NCBI GenBank assembly: GCA_047150005.1
Contig: AP038806.1
Span: 32,001 to 96,000, forward strand
DNA length: 64,000 nt
From: Nitrospira sp.
GTDB taxonomy: Bacteria > Nitrospirota > Nitrospiria > Nitrospirales > Nitrospiraceae
Reading direction: 5' to 3'
Below, piece after piece: positions 40,524 through 51,756 of the stretch (position 1 is the first letter of the stretch; the number at the start of each line of letters is the position of its first letter). The notes below the pieces were generated by a model, which worked only from the letters and a program-made list of their open reading frames with translations, did not search any database and had not been told where the DNA came from. A program made the position numbers and the translations under genes.

Positions 40524-40874
40524 TCACCTGCTCGACTTGCAACCGAGCCAGAAGCATGCTGTTGAGAGGGCGCCGAAGAGGGCGAAGAAGACCATCGGTT
40601 GCCACGTCCCGTGGAGAAGGCTGAGGGCGGCAAGAGCCACCACGAGCGACCAGCCTTTGGCGAACTTGAATAGACGCGCTTGCATTGAGAACTGCTCCGG
40701 CTTTCCCGATGTCCGTCCTACCGCCAGCGAAGCGACTAGTCCAATGACGACCGCTACATACAACCACTCCTCGATGTCAGACATCATCGAGAAAATGAGG
40801 ACGAGGGCGATTCCCAAGGGGGCCCATGCGGTCAGTCTGTCAGGGCTTGCCCCTGTTTGCTCCGTGATCGGCAT
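40524..40874 (-). CDS. Hypothetical membrane protein
   Basis: Four hydrophobic segments. Start uncertain. Confidence 0.55.
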   Translation of the reverse strand: MPITEQTGASPDRLTAWAPLGIALVLIFSMMSDIEEWLYVAVVIGLVASLAVGRTSGKPEQFSMQARLFKFAKGWSLVVALAALSLLHGTWQPMVFFALFGALSTACFWLGCKSSR

Positions 40875-41257
40875 TTCTGTGCATATCCTTCTTCCACGAA
40901 CCATGCGTGACTCGACTGCGTATCCTGAAGCCATGGGGACGCCGGCGGACGAGCAAGCAAGACGACTCTCGCAAAACGCCACCAAGAAAGCCTCGCAGTT
41001 GCAGCGCAAGGAACAGGAAGCCCTGTGCATGCCACTAGCTATTCCGGCCACCACCTGCTATAGTGCGGCTGTTTCATCGCGGCGGGCCTCGCATGAAACC
41101 TTGCATTGATACGGCCCATCACCGATATTGTTGTTACCGAGAATCTGATCGGAAGCCTGACCTAAGCCGCCTCATCTGATTGCGTCTTCGGCCCTTTCCT
41201 TCCCCTCGTACATATCTCGCGTTTCAGACAATGTCATTTTCAGAAGGAGGAACCCTC

Positions 41258-41563
41258 ATGGGTTCAAAACTATATGTCGGCGGCTTGCCCTATGCGGCAA
41301 CCGAGACGCAACTCACCACCTTGTTTGCCGCCCACGGCACCGTCGAATCAGCGCGCGTGATCGCAGACAAGTTTACGGGACAGTCACGCGGCTTCGGCTT
41401 CGTGGAAATGTCCACGCCGGAAGAAGCCCAGGCGGCCATCGCCGCCTTGAACGGCTCGCAAATGGACGGTCGCTCGTTGACCGTGAACGAAGCGAAGCCG
41501 CAAGAACCCCGTAGCGGCGGACGCGGGAATAGCTTCGGCGGCGGTCGCAACAATCGGTTCTAG
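41258..41563 (+). CDS. RRM RNA-binding protein
   Basis: RNP2 LYVGGL, RNP1 RGFGFVEM, Gly/Arg tail, AGGAGG RBS. Confidence 0.96.
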   Translation: MGSKLYVGGLPYAATETQLTTLFAAHGTVESARVIADKFTGQSRGFGFVEMSTPEEAQAAIAALNGSQMDGRSLTVNEAKPQEPRSGGRGNSFGGGRNNRF

Positions 41564-41582
41564 CTGCGACGATCCGAACACA

Positions 41583-41605
41583 GGGGCGCCTGCATAAGGC
41601 GCCCC
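41583..41605. terminator. Hairpin between convergent genes
   Basis: GGGGCGCC-N7-GGCGCCCC. U-tract is weak. Confidence 0.5.
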
Positions 41606-41646
41606 TCCTCATCCTCTCCCTCAATCCGGACGTTCATCCCCGCTTC

Positions 41647-42423
41647 CTACGATTTCCATCCGGAGAGCACGCACCGCTGAGCGATCAACGGCGCGAAGCT
41701 CGGCACGTCCTCCGACACGGCCGTCATGACCTCGTCGGCGAGTTCGGAGTCCTCAAAACACTCGTAGACGTCGTCGAGAAATCCGCCGCGCAACAACGGA
41801 TCCTGCAAAAACGCGGGTCCGTGACCGGCGGCGACTTCCAAGGGATCCTCGCTCACGACGATGCGTTCGAAACCGAGCTTGTGGAGCCACCCACGGCCTT
41901 CCTCAGCGGACGGTCGTTCGGCGACATAGGCTTCAAGCCGGCGCCGTTCTTTCCGCAAATGCCGGACCGCCATTTCCTGATCCACTCTCCGCCACAGAGA
42001 ATCGAACGTGCCCAGGGAGGGAAATGTCAGGACGAGTTGTCCTCCCGGCTTCAAGTGTGCCGACAAACCCTGGAGCACCGCGAACCGATCAGGTCGAAAG
42101 AACATAACCGACAGATTCCCGGTGATGCGATCAAAACTCGGCAGGTCCGACGGCAGCGCCCGCATATCCAGACACTCGAACCGTAACCACGGGAGCTGTC
42201 GCCCTTGAATCATTCTCGCACGCATCACCTGATTCGCATTGAGATCGATCCCGAGCACCTGTCCCGTCTGGCCTACCTGCTCGGCAAGATAGAAGGCAGG
42301 AATTCCATGCCCTGAAGCCACGTCCAGAATTGTGGCTCCCGGAAAGAGATGGAGGTGCGCGAGCAAGGACTCGGCGAACGGCGTCGACCAATAGTCATGC
42401 TTGGGCAGAGGCCAGAACGGCAC
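41647..42423 (-). CDS. Class I SAM-dependent methyltransferase
   Basis: ILDVASGHG, GIDL, LKPGG. Confidence 0.9.
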   Translation of the reverse strand: MPFWPLPKHDYWSTPFAESLLAHLHLFPGATILDVASGHGIPAFYLAEQVGQTGQVLGIDLNANQVMRARMIQGRQLPWLRFECLDMRALPSDLPSFDRITGNLSVMFFRPDRFAVLQGLSAHLKPGGQLVLTFPSLGTFDSLWRRVDQEMAVRHLRKERRRLEAYVAERPSAEEGRGWLHKLGFERIVVSEDPLEVAAGHGPAFLQDPLLRGGFLDDVYECFEDSELADEVMTAVSEDVPSFAPLIAQRCVLSGWKS

Positions 42424-42579
42424 GGCGCACCTTTATAGAATAATCCGGGTCGGCCGACGCGTGAGGGTTGGCTCCTCACCGGCGGTTCAGACTATCCAGG
42501 CAGGATGATGCACTGATGCCGGCACACGATGCAACAGACGCGCAGCGGGGTTCCTCCGAGCCGAACATAACGTCCGGCA

Positions 42580-44196
42580 CTACCGCTTCCCGTCGTACCC
42601 GCGGTCGCGCCACCGCTGTAATAGTTGGATACGCTTTTCGAGTTGTTCTAAGGTCGCCTGGTCCACGCGGCTGCCGGTGCGGGAAATGAGTTCGGCATTC
42701 AAGCGCCGGTGGTCAATGCCGGCCGTGCGCGCCACGCTTCCCACCAGCAGGCGATGAAGGTCCCGCAGATCCCGTTTCCGATCGTGCAACGGTATCTCCG
42801 GAGTCGGGGTGGCGACCTCGTCCGTCCGCTCCTCGTCGTCGCCGATGAGCGAATCGACGCGCGCGACGGCATGTAACGGGGTGAACTCTTTGACCGACAC
42901 CGTCGCACGCCCGAAGAGATCCCGCTGACCCGCAGGCATGATGTCTTCGAGGACATGATCGCGCTCAGCTTTGATCTGTTTGGCGTATCGAACCAACACC
43001 GGATCCTTGGGTAAATAGAGCCAGGCCCGTTGCGGCGTAGGTACACCGGGCTGCATGCGGACAAATCGCCCGACCACCTGACGGAAATACATCTCGGTGA
43101 GCACGTTGGTTCCGTACACCCCGACCCGCAAACGCGGAATATCGACGCCTTCACTCACCATGTTCACGGCGACGAGCCACTGCTGCTGCTGCTCGGCAAA
43201 TGCCTTGATGGTCCGGCTGGCCGCAGGGTCATCCGAGACCGCCACGGCGGCTTTTGCTCCGGTCCACTTGCCCACGAGCGCCGCCACCCAGCGCGCGTGA
43301 TCTTGATCCATGGCGACGATGAGACCCGCCGCGTCCGGCTGCTCCTGCTTCCGAAGCAACGTCAGCTGTCGATGGGCGTCCGTCACGACGGGGCCCAGCC
43401 AGTTCTCCTGGAGCAGCGCGGTCTTCAAGCGTTCGCGCTGACGCTCGAAGGCGAGGCCGTCTTCAAACGTGGCCCGATGCTCACGCCCTTCGGAGAACCA
43501 GCTGAGCTCCCCTTCATAGCTCGGAAAGAGAATCGGACGACACACCCGATCTCTGATCGCGTCGGTATAGCCGTAGGCGAAGTCCGCTCGGCTTTCACCC
43601 TGTTCGTATCGGACAAAGGGAATGGGATGATTGTCGGAGCGGAACGGTGTGCCCGACAAGACGAGGCGAAACACCGCGCGATCGAACGCCTCACGCAACG
43701 CCCTGCCCCAATGCCGGCCGTCGGCCGCATGATGCAGTTCGTCCAGGATCACGAGGGTGGTCCGTGCGGCGCAGGCTTGTTGAAACACCTTTGGCGCCAG
43801 AGCCACCTGCTGATACGTAACGACCGCCCCGTGGTAATCCGACGCCTCCCGTGTCTGCTCATTGGTCAGGGCGGGATCCAGATGCAGGCCCACAGTTTCA
43901 GCCGCGTCGGCCCACTGGATTCGCAGGTGATTCGTGGGGCACACGACCAACAGTCGTTGCGCCCTGCTCGTTCGCACATACTCATGCGCCACGCGAAGTG
44001 CAAAGCGGGTCTTGCCCGCTGCGGGGGTCGCCATGGCCAAGAAATCCGCACCCGGATGCGCCAGCACGGCTGTAACGGCGCGCCCCTGCCAGTCTCGCAT
44101 GACCGACGTCCATGGAGCCAAGGGCCGGGCTGTTCTCGCCCGCCCCGACGTATTCTGTATCAAACGTGGTCCTCGTTGCTGAACGATGACGGGCAC
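42580..44196 (-). CDS. Superfamily 2 (DEAD/DEAH-like) helicase
   Basis: TPAAGKT, DELHH, SGTP, EGVDIP, QVVGRFVR. Confidence 0.92.
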   Translation of the reverse strand: MPVIVQQRGPRLIQNTSGRARTARPLAPWTSVMRDWQGRAVTAVLAHPGADFLAMATPAAGKTRFALRVAHEYVRTSRAQRLLVVCPTNHLRIQWADAAETVGLHLDPALTNEQTREASDYHGAVVTYQQVALAPKVFQQACAARTTLVILDELHHAADGRHWGRALREAFDRAVFRLVLSGTPFRSDNHPIPFVRYEQGESRADFAYGYTDAIRDRVCRPILFPSYEGELSWFSEGREHRATFEDGLAFERQRERLKTALLQENWLGPVVTDAHRQLTLLRKQEQPDAAGLIVAMDQDHARWVAALVGKWTGAKAAVAVSDDPAASRTIKAFAEQQQQWLVAVNMVSEGVDIPRLRVGVYGTNVLTEMYFRQVVGRFVRMQPGVPTPQRAWLYLPKDPVLVRYAKQIKAERDHVLEDIMPAGQRDLFGRATVSVKEFTPLHAVARVDSLIGDDEERTDEVATPTPEIPLHDRKRDLRDLHRLLVGSVARTAGIDHRRLNAELISRTGSRVDQATLEQLEKRIQLLQRWRDRGYDGKR

Positions 44197-44309
44197 GACC
44201 GAGCTCCTGCTCGGTCATGAGACCGCAAACCGAGCCGGGCATTGTAGCGATTTGGCGCAAAGGTGCAAGGGCCGAATGGGGAAACGATCGCATCACGCCG
44301 GTACGAATC

Positions 44310-44822
44310 TCACCGGCGTCCTGCATCTACACTCAATGCCGCGTGAATGCGATCCTTTTCGGGAATCTCCTTCGACCGGAGGTCTTTTCCGCATTTCATA
44401 AGAATGCGGCGATCCTTTGTCGTCCCTCGTATCGCCGCTTCCTCGATGAGCGTGGCGCCGACAAGCAGATCTACCCGTAGGTCCTGCCCTGCCTCGACCT
44501 TTTTGACGAGATCCCGGCGCCAGGTTGCAAAGCGATCTACCCAACCCGTAATGGTATAGTGCCACTGCCCTAACTTGGTCACTGGAAACGAGGCGCGCCA
44601 CCGGTCGTTTCCAAGAAATGTCATTGGGATTTCCGTCCATTGCTGAGCCGTCTCCGAGCGACAGCAGAGCAGGATCCTGAGGGCATCGTGACTGTCGGCG
44701 AAGGCATCTGCTTCAACGACGACCTCTTCCCCGATGGTCCGCTTGATTGGAAATATTCCTCCGTCGATTTCGGGCTGCACTCCTTCGATGACCACCCGCT
44801 GTCTCCCCTGGTCATGTGTCAT
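44310..44822 (-). pseudogene. glgE: Truncated alpha-1,4-glucan:maltose-1-phosphate maltosyltransferase (N-terminal domain only)
   Basis: RVVIEGV.PEIDGG.FPIKR..GE, ADSHD, NDRW, WVDRFATWR. Stops after 170 aa with no GH13 catalytic domain. Confidence 0.85.
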
Positions 44823-44867
44823 GCCGTTCCCCCACGTCTGGTCCTTCTCTTTGTTTCCGACCCGGAT

Positions 44868-45566
44868 CTAGATGTGTGTGAACTCGTCGTCCTGCTTCTC
44901 TCGACCCAGCCGTCGCTCCAGCGCGTCCTTGGCTATGTTGCGACCTCCCAACCCCAAGGCGATGGCCATTGCCAATACGATCCCGCCGAATATGATGGAG
45001 AACGCAGCCACGACAATCTCTTTCGCGATTCCCAGTTGTGTCAAAACCATTGCACTGGTAAAGATCACCACACCCCACCGCACCATATTTGCGATCAGGC
45101 GGGCTCCCTGAATTTGTGCATTGACCGCCGCAATCAACACCGCTTCGCTGCTGAAATTTCCCAGAAGAATACCCACGAGTGCGACGAGGATTGCGGCAAC
45201 CACATGGGGCAGGAACCCCAGTATGGCCCTCATGAGATTGGCGGTGGCTGGAAAATCCAGGGCATCGACGCCCATAAACGCAAAAAACAGAAACACGACC
45301 CAGAACGAGACTCGACCGAGCAAGTGAGAGACCGGCTGTTTCATTCCGGCTTTCCCCAAGGTGGGGGTCACACCCATTCGCTCGCACAAGGCGTCGAATC
45401 GCACGGCCTTTAGGATGCGCATCAGCAGAAGCTTGACGAGCCATCCTATGGCCACACCGAGCATCAGAAACGTTACGAGCGCCATCAGCTTCGGGAGGAA
45501 GAGCGCGGTTCGTCTCATCATTTCTCGAAATGCCTCAACCATTGCTTCTTGCCACATTTCGCTCAT
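44868..45566 (-). CDS. MscS-associated TM-helix repeat protein (CmpX-like)
   Basis: FLP.L.A repeats, LGIAKEIV.AAF, LGLGGR. ATGA overlap with the upstream gene. Confidence 0.8.
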   Translation of the reverse strand: MSEMWQEAMVEAFREMMRRTALFLPKLMALVTFLMLGVAIGWLVKLLLMRILKAVRFDALCERMGVTPTLGKAGMKQPVSHLLGRVSFWVVFLFFAFMGVDALDFPATANLMRAILGFLPHVVAAILVALVGILLGNFSSEAVLIAAVNAQIQGARLIANMVRWGVVIFTSAMVLTQLGIAKEIVVAAFSIIFGGIVLAMAIALGLGGRNIAKDALERRLGREKQDDEFTHI

Positions 45567-46840
45567 TGGAACCTCCATCGCTCGACCAGATAGGGTTTCA
45601 TGCTCTCAAAGATCTGACATCCCTGTTCGATCGTTCGTTCCACCTCGGCATGGCCGCCGTCTTTGGTTTCCAGAACCAATGACGCGGTACGTCCGAGGTA
45701 CAGCGGCGTCAACGACCTGAGCAGATGCTCCCGATGGATGAGCTTCTCGTGATACGCGATGGCAAAGTCATACACGGTCTGAACCCAGAGCGGCAGCGGA
45801 AAAGTGAAATCCTCCTCTTGGCTCAACCCCAGTGGAAGGATCCCGGCCAACGTGTCGGGCGCGAGAATGATTTCCCAGATGGGAAGCAGGTCTCTCAAGC
45901 CTTGTCGAAACCCGTTCACCATCCGGTCGACTTTCACGGTATGGGCCTCGGGCTCGCCTTGCGTCGGCTGACCGACCTGGGGCACGACACTCGAACCGAA
46001 CAGCCCTTCCCACATGTCTGCGTAACGCTCCATGTAATGGAACGCAGCTCCTACTGCCTGCGCCAGCACTCCCGCAACATCGGTTCCGGTCGCTTTCCCC
46101 TCCTGAATCCTGGCCCCCAGGAACGCTTGCCATATCTGGTAACCCTCGGCGACTGCGATGGTCGTCAGCCAACTGTCGATCCCAAAACGAGCGCCATCTC
46201 CCTCCCAGAGATCTTTCTGCAGATAGAGGCTCGCCAGTCTTCCGGAAAACCCATAGCCACCGCCGGTCTGACAGGCCACACGCTTCCCATAGAGCGCCCG
46301 AGTTAATGGCGCGATAAGATTATTGGTCAGACTGCCCTCATATCGTTGGCGCCGAAACATTGGCGCCACGTAGTCTGCGCCCTTCTCCAACACCACTTGG
46401 CCAAGCAAGGTTATCCATTCCGGGGCCACTGATCGAAGATTCGCGTCGATGACGACGCAAGCTTTCGCCTGAAGCCGCTCGGTAATGGTGAACAAGGAGC
46501 GAAACGCCTCCTCACGACCGGGCATACCGGAGTATGACACTCGATTAACGACAAAAGGGTTCACATGCATGTCTTCCGTGAGATGTTGGACCACCGCGAG
46601 AGGGACAAGGCTCCCTACGGCGCGCTTGATGATGTCGGAGGTTCCATCCTGCGATCCGACATCGACGTTCACAATCAAGGGTGAGATATTTGGAAACGAC
46701 TCCTTCAGGCCTGCGAGGATCGTTTTCGTCACGGACTCCACGTTAGCCGCCTGATTGAACGTGGGCAGACCGATGAGCAGATCGACCTTGTGCAGGTGAG
46801 GACATTGCTCATGGACTTGCTCCCACCCCGTGTCCGGCAT
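45563..46840 (-). CDS. Family 2 glycosyltransferase (glucosyl/mannosyl-glycerate synthase-like)
   Basis: IGLPTFN, DVGSQDGT, IDANLRS, FGIDSWLTT. Confidence 0.8.
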   Translation of the reverse strand: MPDTGWEQVHEQCPHLHKVDLLIGLPTFNQAANVESVTKTILAGLKESFPNISPLIVNVDVGSQDGTSDIIKRAVGSLVPLAVVQHLTEDMHVNPFVVNRVSYSGMPGREEAFRSLFTITERLQAKACVVIDANLRSVAPEWITLLGQVVLEKGADYVAPMFRRQRYEGSLTNNLIAPLTRALYGKRVACQTGGGYGFSGRLASLYLQKDLWEGDGARFGIDSWLTTIAVAEGYQIWQAFLGARIQEGKATGTDVAGVLAQAVGAAFHYMERYADMWEGLFGSSVVPQVGQPTQGEPEAHTVKVDRMVNGFRQGLRDLLPIWEIILAPDTLAGILPLGLSQEEDFTFPLPLWVQTVYDFAIAYHEKLIHREHLLRSLTPLYLGRTASLVLETKDGGHAEVERTIEQGCQIFESMKPYLVERWRFQ

Positions 46841-46854
46841 CGCGGATCTCCTCC

Positions 46855-48063
46855 CTAGTCTTTCAAACGCTTTTCGAACAACTTCATAAGCGTCAGAAAA
46901 TCACTCAAGTGACGCGTGACAAGAAAGTTCCTCCTCACATGCTCTCGACCGGCACCCCCCATGCGTTGGATGAGTCCGGGATTATTGAGGAGCAGTCTCG
47001 TTCTAAACGCCATGCCTTCGGCAGAATGCACGGTATGTCCTGTCACTCCGTCCACGATCTGGGCGGCGATTCCACCCGCCGTACTTCCGATCACGGGCTT
47101 TCCCTTCCACATGGCTTCGGCCACGGCGACGTTGAACCCTTCCCTGATCGACTTCTGAAAGACAATCGTCGCTGCTCGTTGAAGGGCATTGATTTCAAGG
47201 TCTGCTTCGGGGGGCAGTTGCAACACGTGGATATCCGGATCACTGCCGGCGGTCTCCAGTACTTGCGCCAACACCGCTTCACCTTCCGAATCGTGCGTCA
47301 CACCGGAGCCGGCCAAAATCAGTCGGCAGTCGTGGTGTTTCTTGACCAAGCGATAGGCTTTGATCACGCCGATCGGATCTTTAGACCACTCGAAACGCGC
47401 CAACTGCAGCAGAATCGGCTTATCGCGCGGAATACCCAGCCGAAGAAGGACCTGGTTGATTTCCAGGCGCGTCAATTCACGGTTTTTTGCGCTCAAAGGA
47501 TCGATCGACGGAGAAATAAGAAACTGCGGAATTGGAAGTCGATGGGCGAAGCCGGGAAGCGAAAAGATCGTCGCATCATATCCGACGATGAAGCGACGCA
47601 GAAAACTCCAGCTCTCTTGTCGAGGTTTGGCCACGTCGAGGTAACAGCGCCAAAACCATGTCCCTCCTTTACGCTGTTCGATCAACGCAGCCGGCGGCGG
47701 GTCATGAATCATCACGAGATCCGCGTCCAATTTCAGGGTATTGGCGGTGCGCTGATTGATCTTGAGATAGACACTTTGCATGTGCTCGGTGAGGTGTTCG
47801 TCCTGGCCCTGAAGTGCATTGGTCAATCGTTTCGTGATTTGGAAGAATTCCTGATCGCCTGCGAGAACTTCCCAACGAGCGTCAACCCCCAAGGTGTTCA
47901 TCATGGGTACCAGCCGGCGCAGAACCTCAGCCATGCCACCGCCGTATCGACCGGCACTTACGTGCAGGAAACTGCGCCCCGCCACCTGGTCGCTCAATCT
48001 GCGAAGAAAGTCCACTGTGCCTTTCGGCGCGATATCTCGATACTCGTCCAATCCTGGAATCAT
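46855..48063 (-). CDS. treT: GT4 trehalose synthase (glycosyltransferring)
   Basis: GGGMAE, HDP, PSIDPLS.KN, KDP.GV, QKSIREGF..AVAEAMWK. Confidence 0.85.
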   Translation of the reverse strand: MIPGLDEYRDIAPKGTVDFLRRLSDQVAGRSFLHVSAGRYGGGMAEVLRRLVPMMNTLGVDARWEVLAGDQEFFQITKRLTNALQGQDEHLTEHMQSVYLKINQRTANTLKLDADLVMIHDPPPAALIEQRKGGTWFWRCYLDVAKPRQESWSFLRRFIVGYDATIFSLPGFAHRLPIPQFLISPSIDPLSAKNRELTRLEINQVLLRLGIPRDKPILLQLARFEWSKDPIGVIKAYRLVKKHHDCRLILAGSGVTHDSEGEAVLAQVLETAGSDPDIHVLQLPPEADLEINALQRAATIVFQKSIREGFNVAVAEAMWKGKPVIGSTAGGIAAQIVDGVTGHTVHSAEGMAFRTRLLLNNPGLIQRMGGAGREHVRRNFLVTRHLSDFLTLMKLFEKRLKD

Positions 48064-48092
48064 CTCCAGCCTCCCGATCTCACGACATGGCA

Positions 48093-49766
48093 TTAAATGA
48101 CGCTCTCTTCGAATCCGTAGGACGAATCGTCACCCCATGCGCGCTGCAGCTTGAACCAGTAGAACCCATAGGGGGTCAAACTCAACGCATAGGAGCGCTT
48201 GCCGATCGTCGGAAATCGCGAATCGCCGAATACCTCGATCGGGGTTGCGCCTTCGAAGCGTGCGAGGTCCAATTCCACCGCTTGAGCCGATCCGGCGAGG
48301 TTGTGCACCAACAGGAGGGTCTCCCCGCGGTACTCACGCAGATACGCGAGGACCTTGTCTGTTTGAGGACGAAGAAAGACGATGGTGCCATGCCCGAATG
48401 CAGGGTGCTTTTTTCGTCCGGCAATCATGCGTTTCATCCAATGCAATAGTGAATGCGGCGACTGCCGCTGGGAACCCACGTTGATGGCTTGAAACCCGTA
48501 CACCGAATCGATGATGGCCGGCAGATAGAGTTTCGCCGGATCAGCTTTGGAAAATCCCCCGTTCCGGTCGGCCGTCCACTGCATGGGCGTCCGAACACCG
48601 TTGCGATCCCCGAGATGGACGTTGTCACCCATGCCGATTTCATCGCCGTAATAGATAATCGGACTTCCCGGAAGGGTAAATACGAGACTGTTGAGGAGCT
48701 CGATCTTTCGGCGATCATTATCCAACAACGGAGCCAATCGCCGAGCGATTCCGATATTGCGCCGCATCTGAGGATCTCGCGCGTAGGCGTAGTACATATA
48801 ATCGCGCTCTTCCCCGGCGCACATTTCTAAGGTCAATTCGTCATGGTTTCGGAGAAAGAGGCACCATTGGCAGTTGTCCGGGATTGGAGGCGTGTGCGTG
48901 AACATGTCCACGATGGGATGCCAATCCTCGCTACGGAGTCCCATAAACAGCCTCGGCATGAGTGGAAAATGAAAGGCCATGTGGCATTCATCCCCCTCGC
49001 CAAAGTAGGGGCGCACGTCGGCAGGCCATTGGTTGGCTTCTGCCAGCAGGATTCGTCCTTGATAGCTTTCGTCGATCCGTTTTCGCACTTCCTTTAAATA
49101 CGCGTGAGTCTCAGGAAGGTTCTCGCAAATGGTGCCCTCTCGCTCAAACAGATACGGCACCGCATCGCAGCGAAATCCATCAAGTCCTTGCTCCAGCCAG
49201 AAGGACATGATGTCCAGCATGGCCTTTTGCAGATCAGGATTGTCATAGTTGAGGTCGGGCTGATGACTGAAAAACCGGTGCCAGTAGTAGGCGTTTGCGG
49301 TCGGATCCCAGGTCCAATTCGACTTTTCTGTGTCAATAAAGATGATCCTGGCCTTGTCGTATCGCTTGTCGCTCTGACTCCAGACATAGTAGTCGCGCTT
49401 CGATGAATGCGGTGAGCTTCTCGCATCCTGGAACCATGGATGTTGGTCCGAGGTGTGATTGAGGACAAGGTCGGAAATGACGCGCATACCGCGCCGATGC
49501 GCCTCGTCCAAGAACCGGCGAAACTCTTCCATCGAGCCGTAGTCGGACGAGATACGCTGATAATCGGCGACATCGTAGCCGTCATCGCGCAAGGGAGAAG
49601 GAAAGAACGGGAGCAGCCAGAGGCAGTCGACTCCCAGCCATTCGAGGTAATCCAGCTTGTCGATCAGTCCTCGAAAATCTCCGATGCCGTCATCGTTTCC
49701 ATCGCAAAAGGCCTTGACATGCAGCTCGTAAAACACCGCCTCCTTGAACCACAGTGGGTTTGTCAT
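48093..49766 (-). CDS. treS: Maltose alpha-D-glucosyltransferase (trehalose synthase), without fused maltokinase
   Basis: GH13: [36 protein letters not shown]. Confidence 0.95.
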   Translation of the reverse strand: MTNPLWFKEAVFYELHVKAFCDGNDDGIGDFRGLIDKLDYLEWLGVDCLWLLPFFPSPLRDDGYDVADYQRISSDYGSMEEFRRFLDEAHRRGMRVISDLVLNHTSDQHPWFQDARSSPHSSKRDYYVWSQSDKRYDKARIIFIDTEKSNWTWDPTANAYYWHRFFSHQPDLNYDNPDLQKAMLDIMSFWLEQGLDGFRCDAVPYLFEREGTICENLPETHAYLKEVRKRIDESYQGRILLAEANQWPADVRPYFGEGDECHMAFHFPLMPRLFMGLRSEDWHPIVDMFTHTPPIPDNCQWCLFLRNHDELTLEMCAGEERDYMYYAYARDPQMRRNIGIARRLAPLLDNDRRKIELLNSLVFTLPGSPIIYYGDEIGMGDNVHLGDRNGVRTPMQWTADRNGGFSKADPAKLYLPAIIDSVYGFQAINVGSQRQSPHSLLHWMKRMIAGRKKHPAFGHGTIVFLRPQTDKVLAYLREYRGETLLLVHNLAGSAQAVELDLARFEGATPIEVFGDSRFPTIGKRSYALSLTPYGFYWFKLQRAWGDDSSYGFEESVI

Positions 49767-49786
49767 CAATACAGTGTCCCTCCTTC

Positions 49787-50455
49787 CTAGCGAATGCCTT
49801 GGCGTTTCAGAAAGTCGTCGCACACCGTCAGCAGCGCGGAACGCACGCGTTCAAGGCTCCCGAGATATGGATTGATGGCGCGCAGCTGTTGTGCGAGTTC
49901 CGGCATGCCGAGACTGTGTTCAATCCACGCGGAGAAATCGCTTTCTTCCTGCTCGAGACGATGGCGCGCTTCGAAGACGTGGAAATAGATTGCACTCACT
50001 TCGACCTCACTCAACGCAGTCCGAAACTCCTGCAGCGTCCGGACCTCCATACTCGTGGGTACTTGCAGGATCCGAGACTTATTGAAATGGAACGGCTGGC
50101 CGAAGATGACTCGTGGCACGATCGGCATTTTGGACAGATGATCGTCGATAATTGAAATGAGTTCCCCGCGAAATGCCTCAAGCTCTTTGAATTCGAATGG
50201 ATCCACTACCGCCAGGCGTTCCCCTAACTCGTGGTCCCGCACCTCCATCGCGACCCATTGGGCAAAATCGTTGGGATATGCGCGCTCAACATAACTATGT
50301 CGAAGAAAATAGCTATGCGTATGAAAGTAGATTGAATCCAAGGGCACCGACTCGAGCAACTCCACGAGTCTTCTCTCGTCTTCCGCCGCTTCGCCGAGAA
50401 TTTCTCGCAATTCGCTGCATTCCATGAACAAGAACGGACGGTTTGTTGTGCGCAT
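49787..50455 (-). CDS. DUF5752 family protein
   Basis: Duplicated SIYFH...NDFA.W / AIYFH...SDFSAW halves, located at the head of the treS-treT operon. Confidence 0.85.
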   Translation of the reverse strand: MRTTNRPFLFMECSELREILGEAAEDERRLVELLESVPLDSIYFHTHSYFLRHSYVERAYPNDFAQWVAMEVRDHELGERLAVVDPFEFKELEAFRGELISIIDDHLSKMPIVPRVIFGQPFHFNKSRILQVPTSMEVRTLQEFRTALSEVEVSAIYFHVFEARHRLEQEESDFSAWIEHSLGMPELAQQLRAINPYLGSLERVRSALLTVCDDFLKRQGIR

Positions 50456-50597
50456 GTCGTCTCCTTGGCTTGTTTCGGCTCTTGGAAGAGTATCAGCTGA
50501 ACGCAGCGGTAGGATCTGGGGTATTTACTAGTGGTCCCCGGCCCCATATTGGCGTTTCTAGAATAAGAGATACCGGAATGCCGTGGGGGACGGCTGC

Positions 50598-50822
50598 ATG
50601 GAATATAAGGGGTACCGAATCGAATCGTGCCCGTCCCAGCATTCTGCGACGGACACGTGGAGGGCGCGCATCTTCATCTCATGGGAACCGCATGACGCCA
50701 ATTCGACTCGTTCCTTTTCGGCCAATGAGGTCTATCAGACCCAGGCAGAGGCTGATCTCCGCGGCCTCGCTCTCGGCGAATTAATCGTAGACGGGAAGAT
50801 TCCGGGGCTATCAAGAGACTAG
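50598..50822 (+). CDS. Small hypothetical protein
   Basis: MEYKGYRI...W.ARI.I...AEAD...G...VDG pattern, GGGGGA RBS. Confidence 0.65.
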   Translation: MEYKGYRIESCPSQHSATDTWRARIFISWEPHDANSTRSFSANEVYQTQAEADLRGLALGELIVDGKIPGLSRD

Positions 50823-50977
50823 CGCAAGGGTCCAGGAAGAGGCCGCGAGGGCACGGCAAGCCTTTCATAAGGGGATCCGTTCGACCGCCGCATGAGGGCG
50901 AACTCATAACCAGATGATGTAGGTTGTATTGCCACGATGTCAGTATCGACGCAGTTGGTGCAGGGGATCGCGCATAT

Positions 50978-51199
50978 TTACCAGTCCGCCGAATGGTATT
51001 TATAGGGATTCGCCTGGCTTGACCCGTTGCTCGCCATTGCCTGCCTTGACCTGTCGTCTACAATCACCTGGCTCGAATCGTTGACCACGATAACCTTGTT
51101 TGCCCGTTCCCCCTGCATATCTTGCCACACCATCTTCACGATCGAGCGAATCACTTCCAGCAAGGATCGGACACTGTCGACAACAACCGGCGTATCCAT
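50978..51199 (-). CDS. Small hypothetical protein
   Basis: GAGG RBS before ATG. No motif. Confidence 0.45.
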   Translation of the reverse strand: MDTPVVVDSVRSLLEVIRSIVKMVWQDMQGERANKVIVVNDSSQVIVDDRSRQAMASNGSSQANPYKYHSADW

Positions 51200-51478
51200 A
51201 ACGAAACCTCACCAACAACGATGCCGCTTGATCGGCCGCAATGGATTGTCGGTGTAGGTTAACCCGAGAGACTTCCCTTCGATATACCTTGATGGCACAG
51301 AACCTCCCCTCGAAGGGGGGGCTGGCAAGACCTGGCGTTGCTATATCTTGAGGATCTTGAGATCATTGACACGATGCACGTCAGGCAAGCGTCCGACACA
51401 CAAGACCGGCAGCCACGAGCGGGCCGCCTCGGCAGGGGTCGCCAGAACAGACATCAGATCAATGAGAGAGAGGACCGC

Positions 51479-51742
51479 ATGACACATCTCGGGATGAGGC
51501 TGGCGATGGGTATTCTAGTCTTGCTTACGTTTGAGGCCTGTGAGCGACAAGGTCCGCCGAAGCCCATCGGAGCTGCCACCAACAAGCATGTGGAGGAAAC
51601 TCCTGCCGCCCCCTCGCGCCTGGACACGGATCCGATGGCTCGTAAGATGAAGACGCCCCTGGAGGACGCTCGACAGACTGAAGATGTCATCAAAGGGGCA
51701 GCGGACCGGACCCGTCAAGGGTCTGACCAGGCGACCCCATAG
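51479..51742 (+). CDS. Putative lipoprotein
   Basis: GAGGA RBS, hydrophobic N-terminus ending FEAC. Confidence 0.65.
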   Translation: MTHLGMRLAMGILVLLTFEACERQGPPKPIGAATNKHVEETPAAPSRLDTDPMARKMKTPLEDARQTEDVIKGAADRTRQGSDQATP

Positions 51743-51756
51743 GTCTCACTCTCGAT

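Noticed and set aside
41020..41034. Possible minus-strand sigma54 promoter TGGCATGCACAGGGC
   Set aside because: The spacing fits but the -12 context is poor, and there is no other support.
46909..48096. 395-aa antisense ORF over treT (likewise 43030..44220 and 57016..58149)
   Set aside because: Each mirrors a well-supported gene on the opposite strand and has non-protein-like composition.
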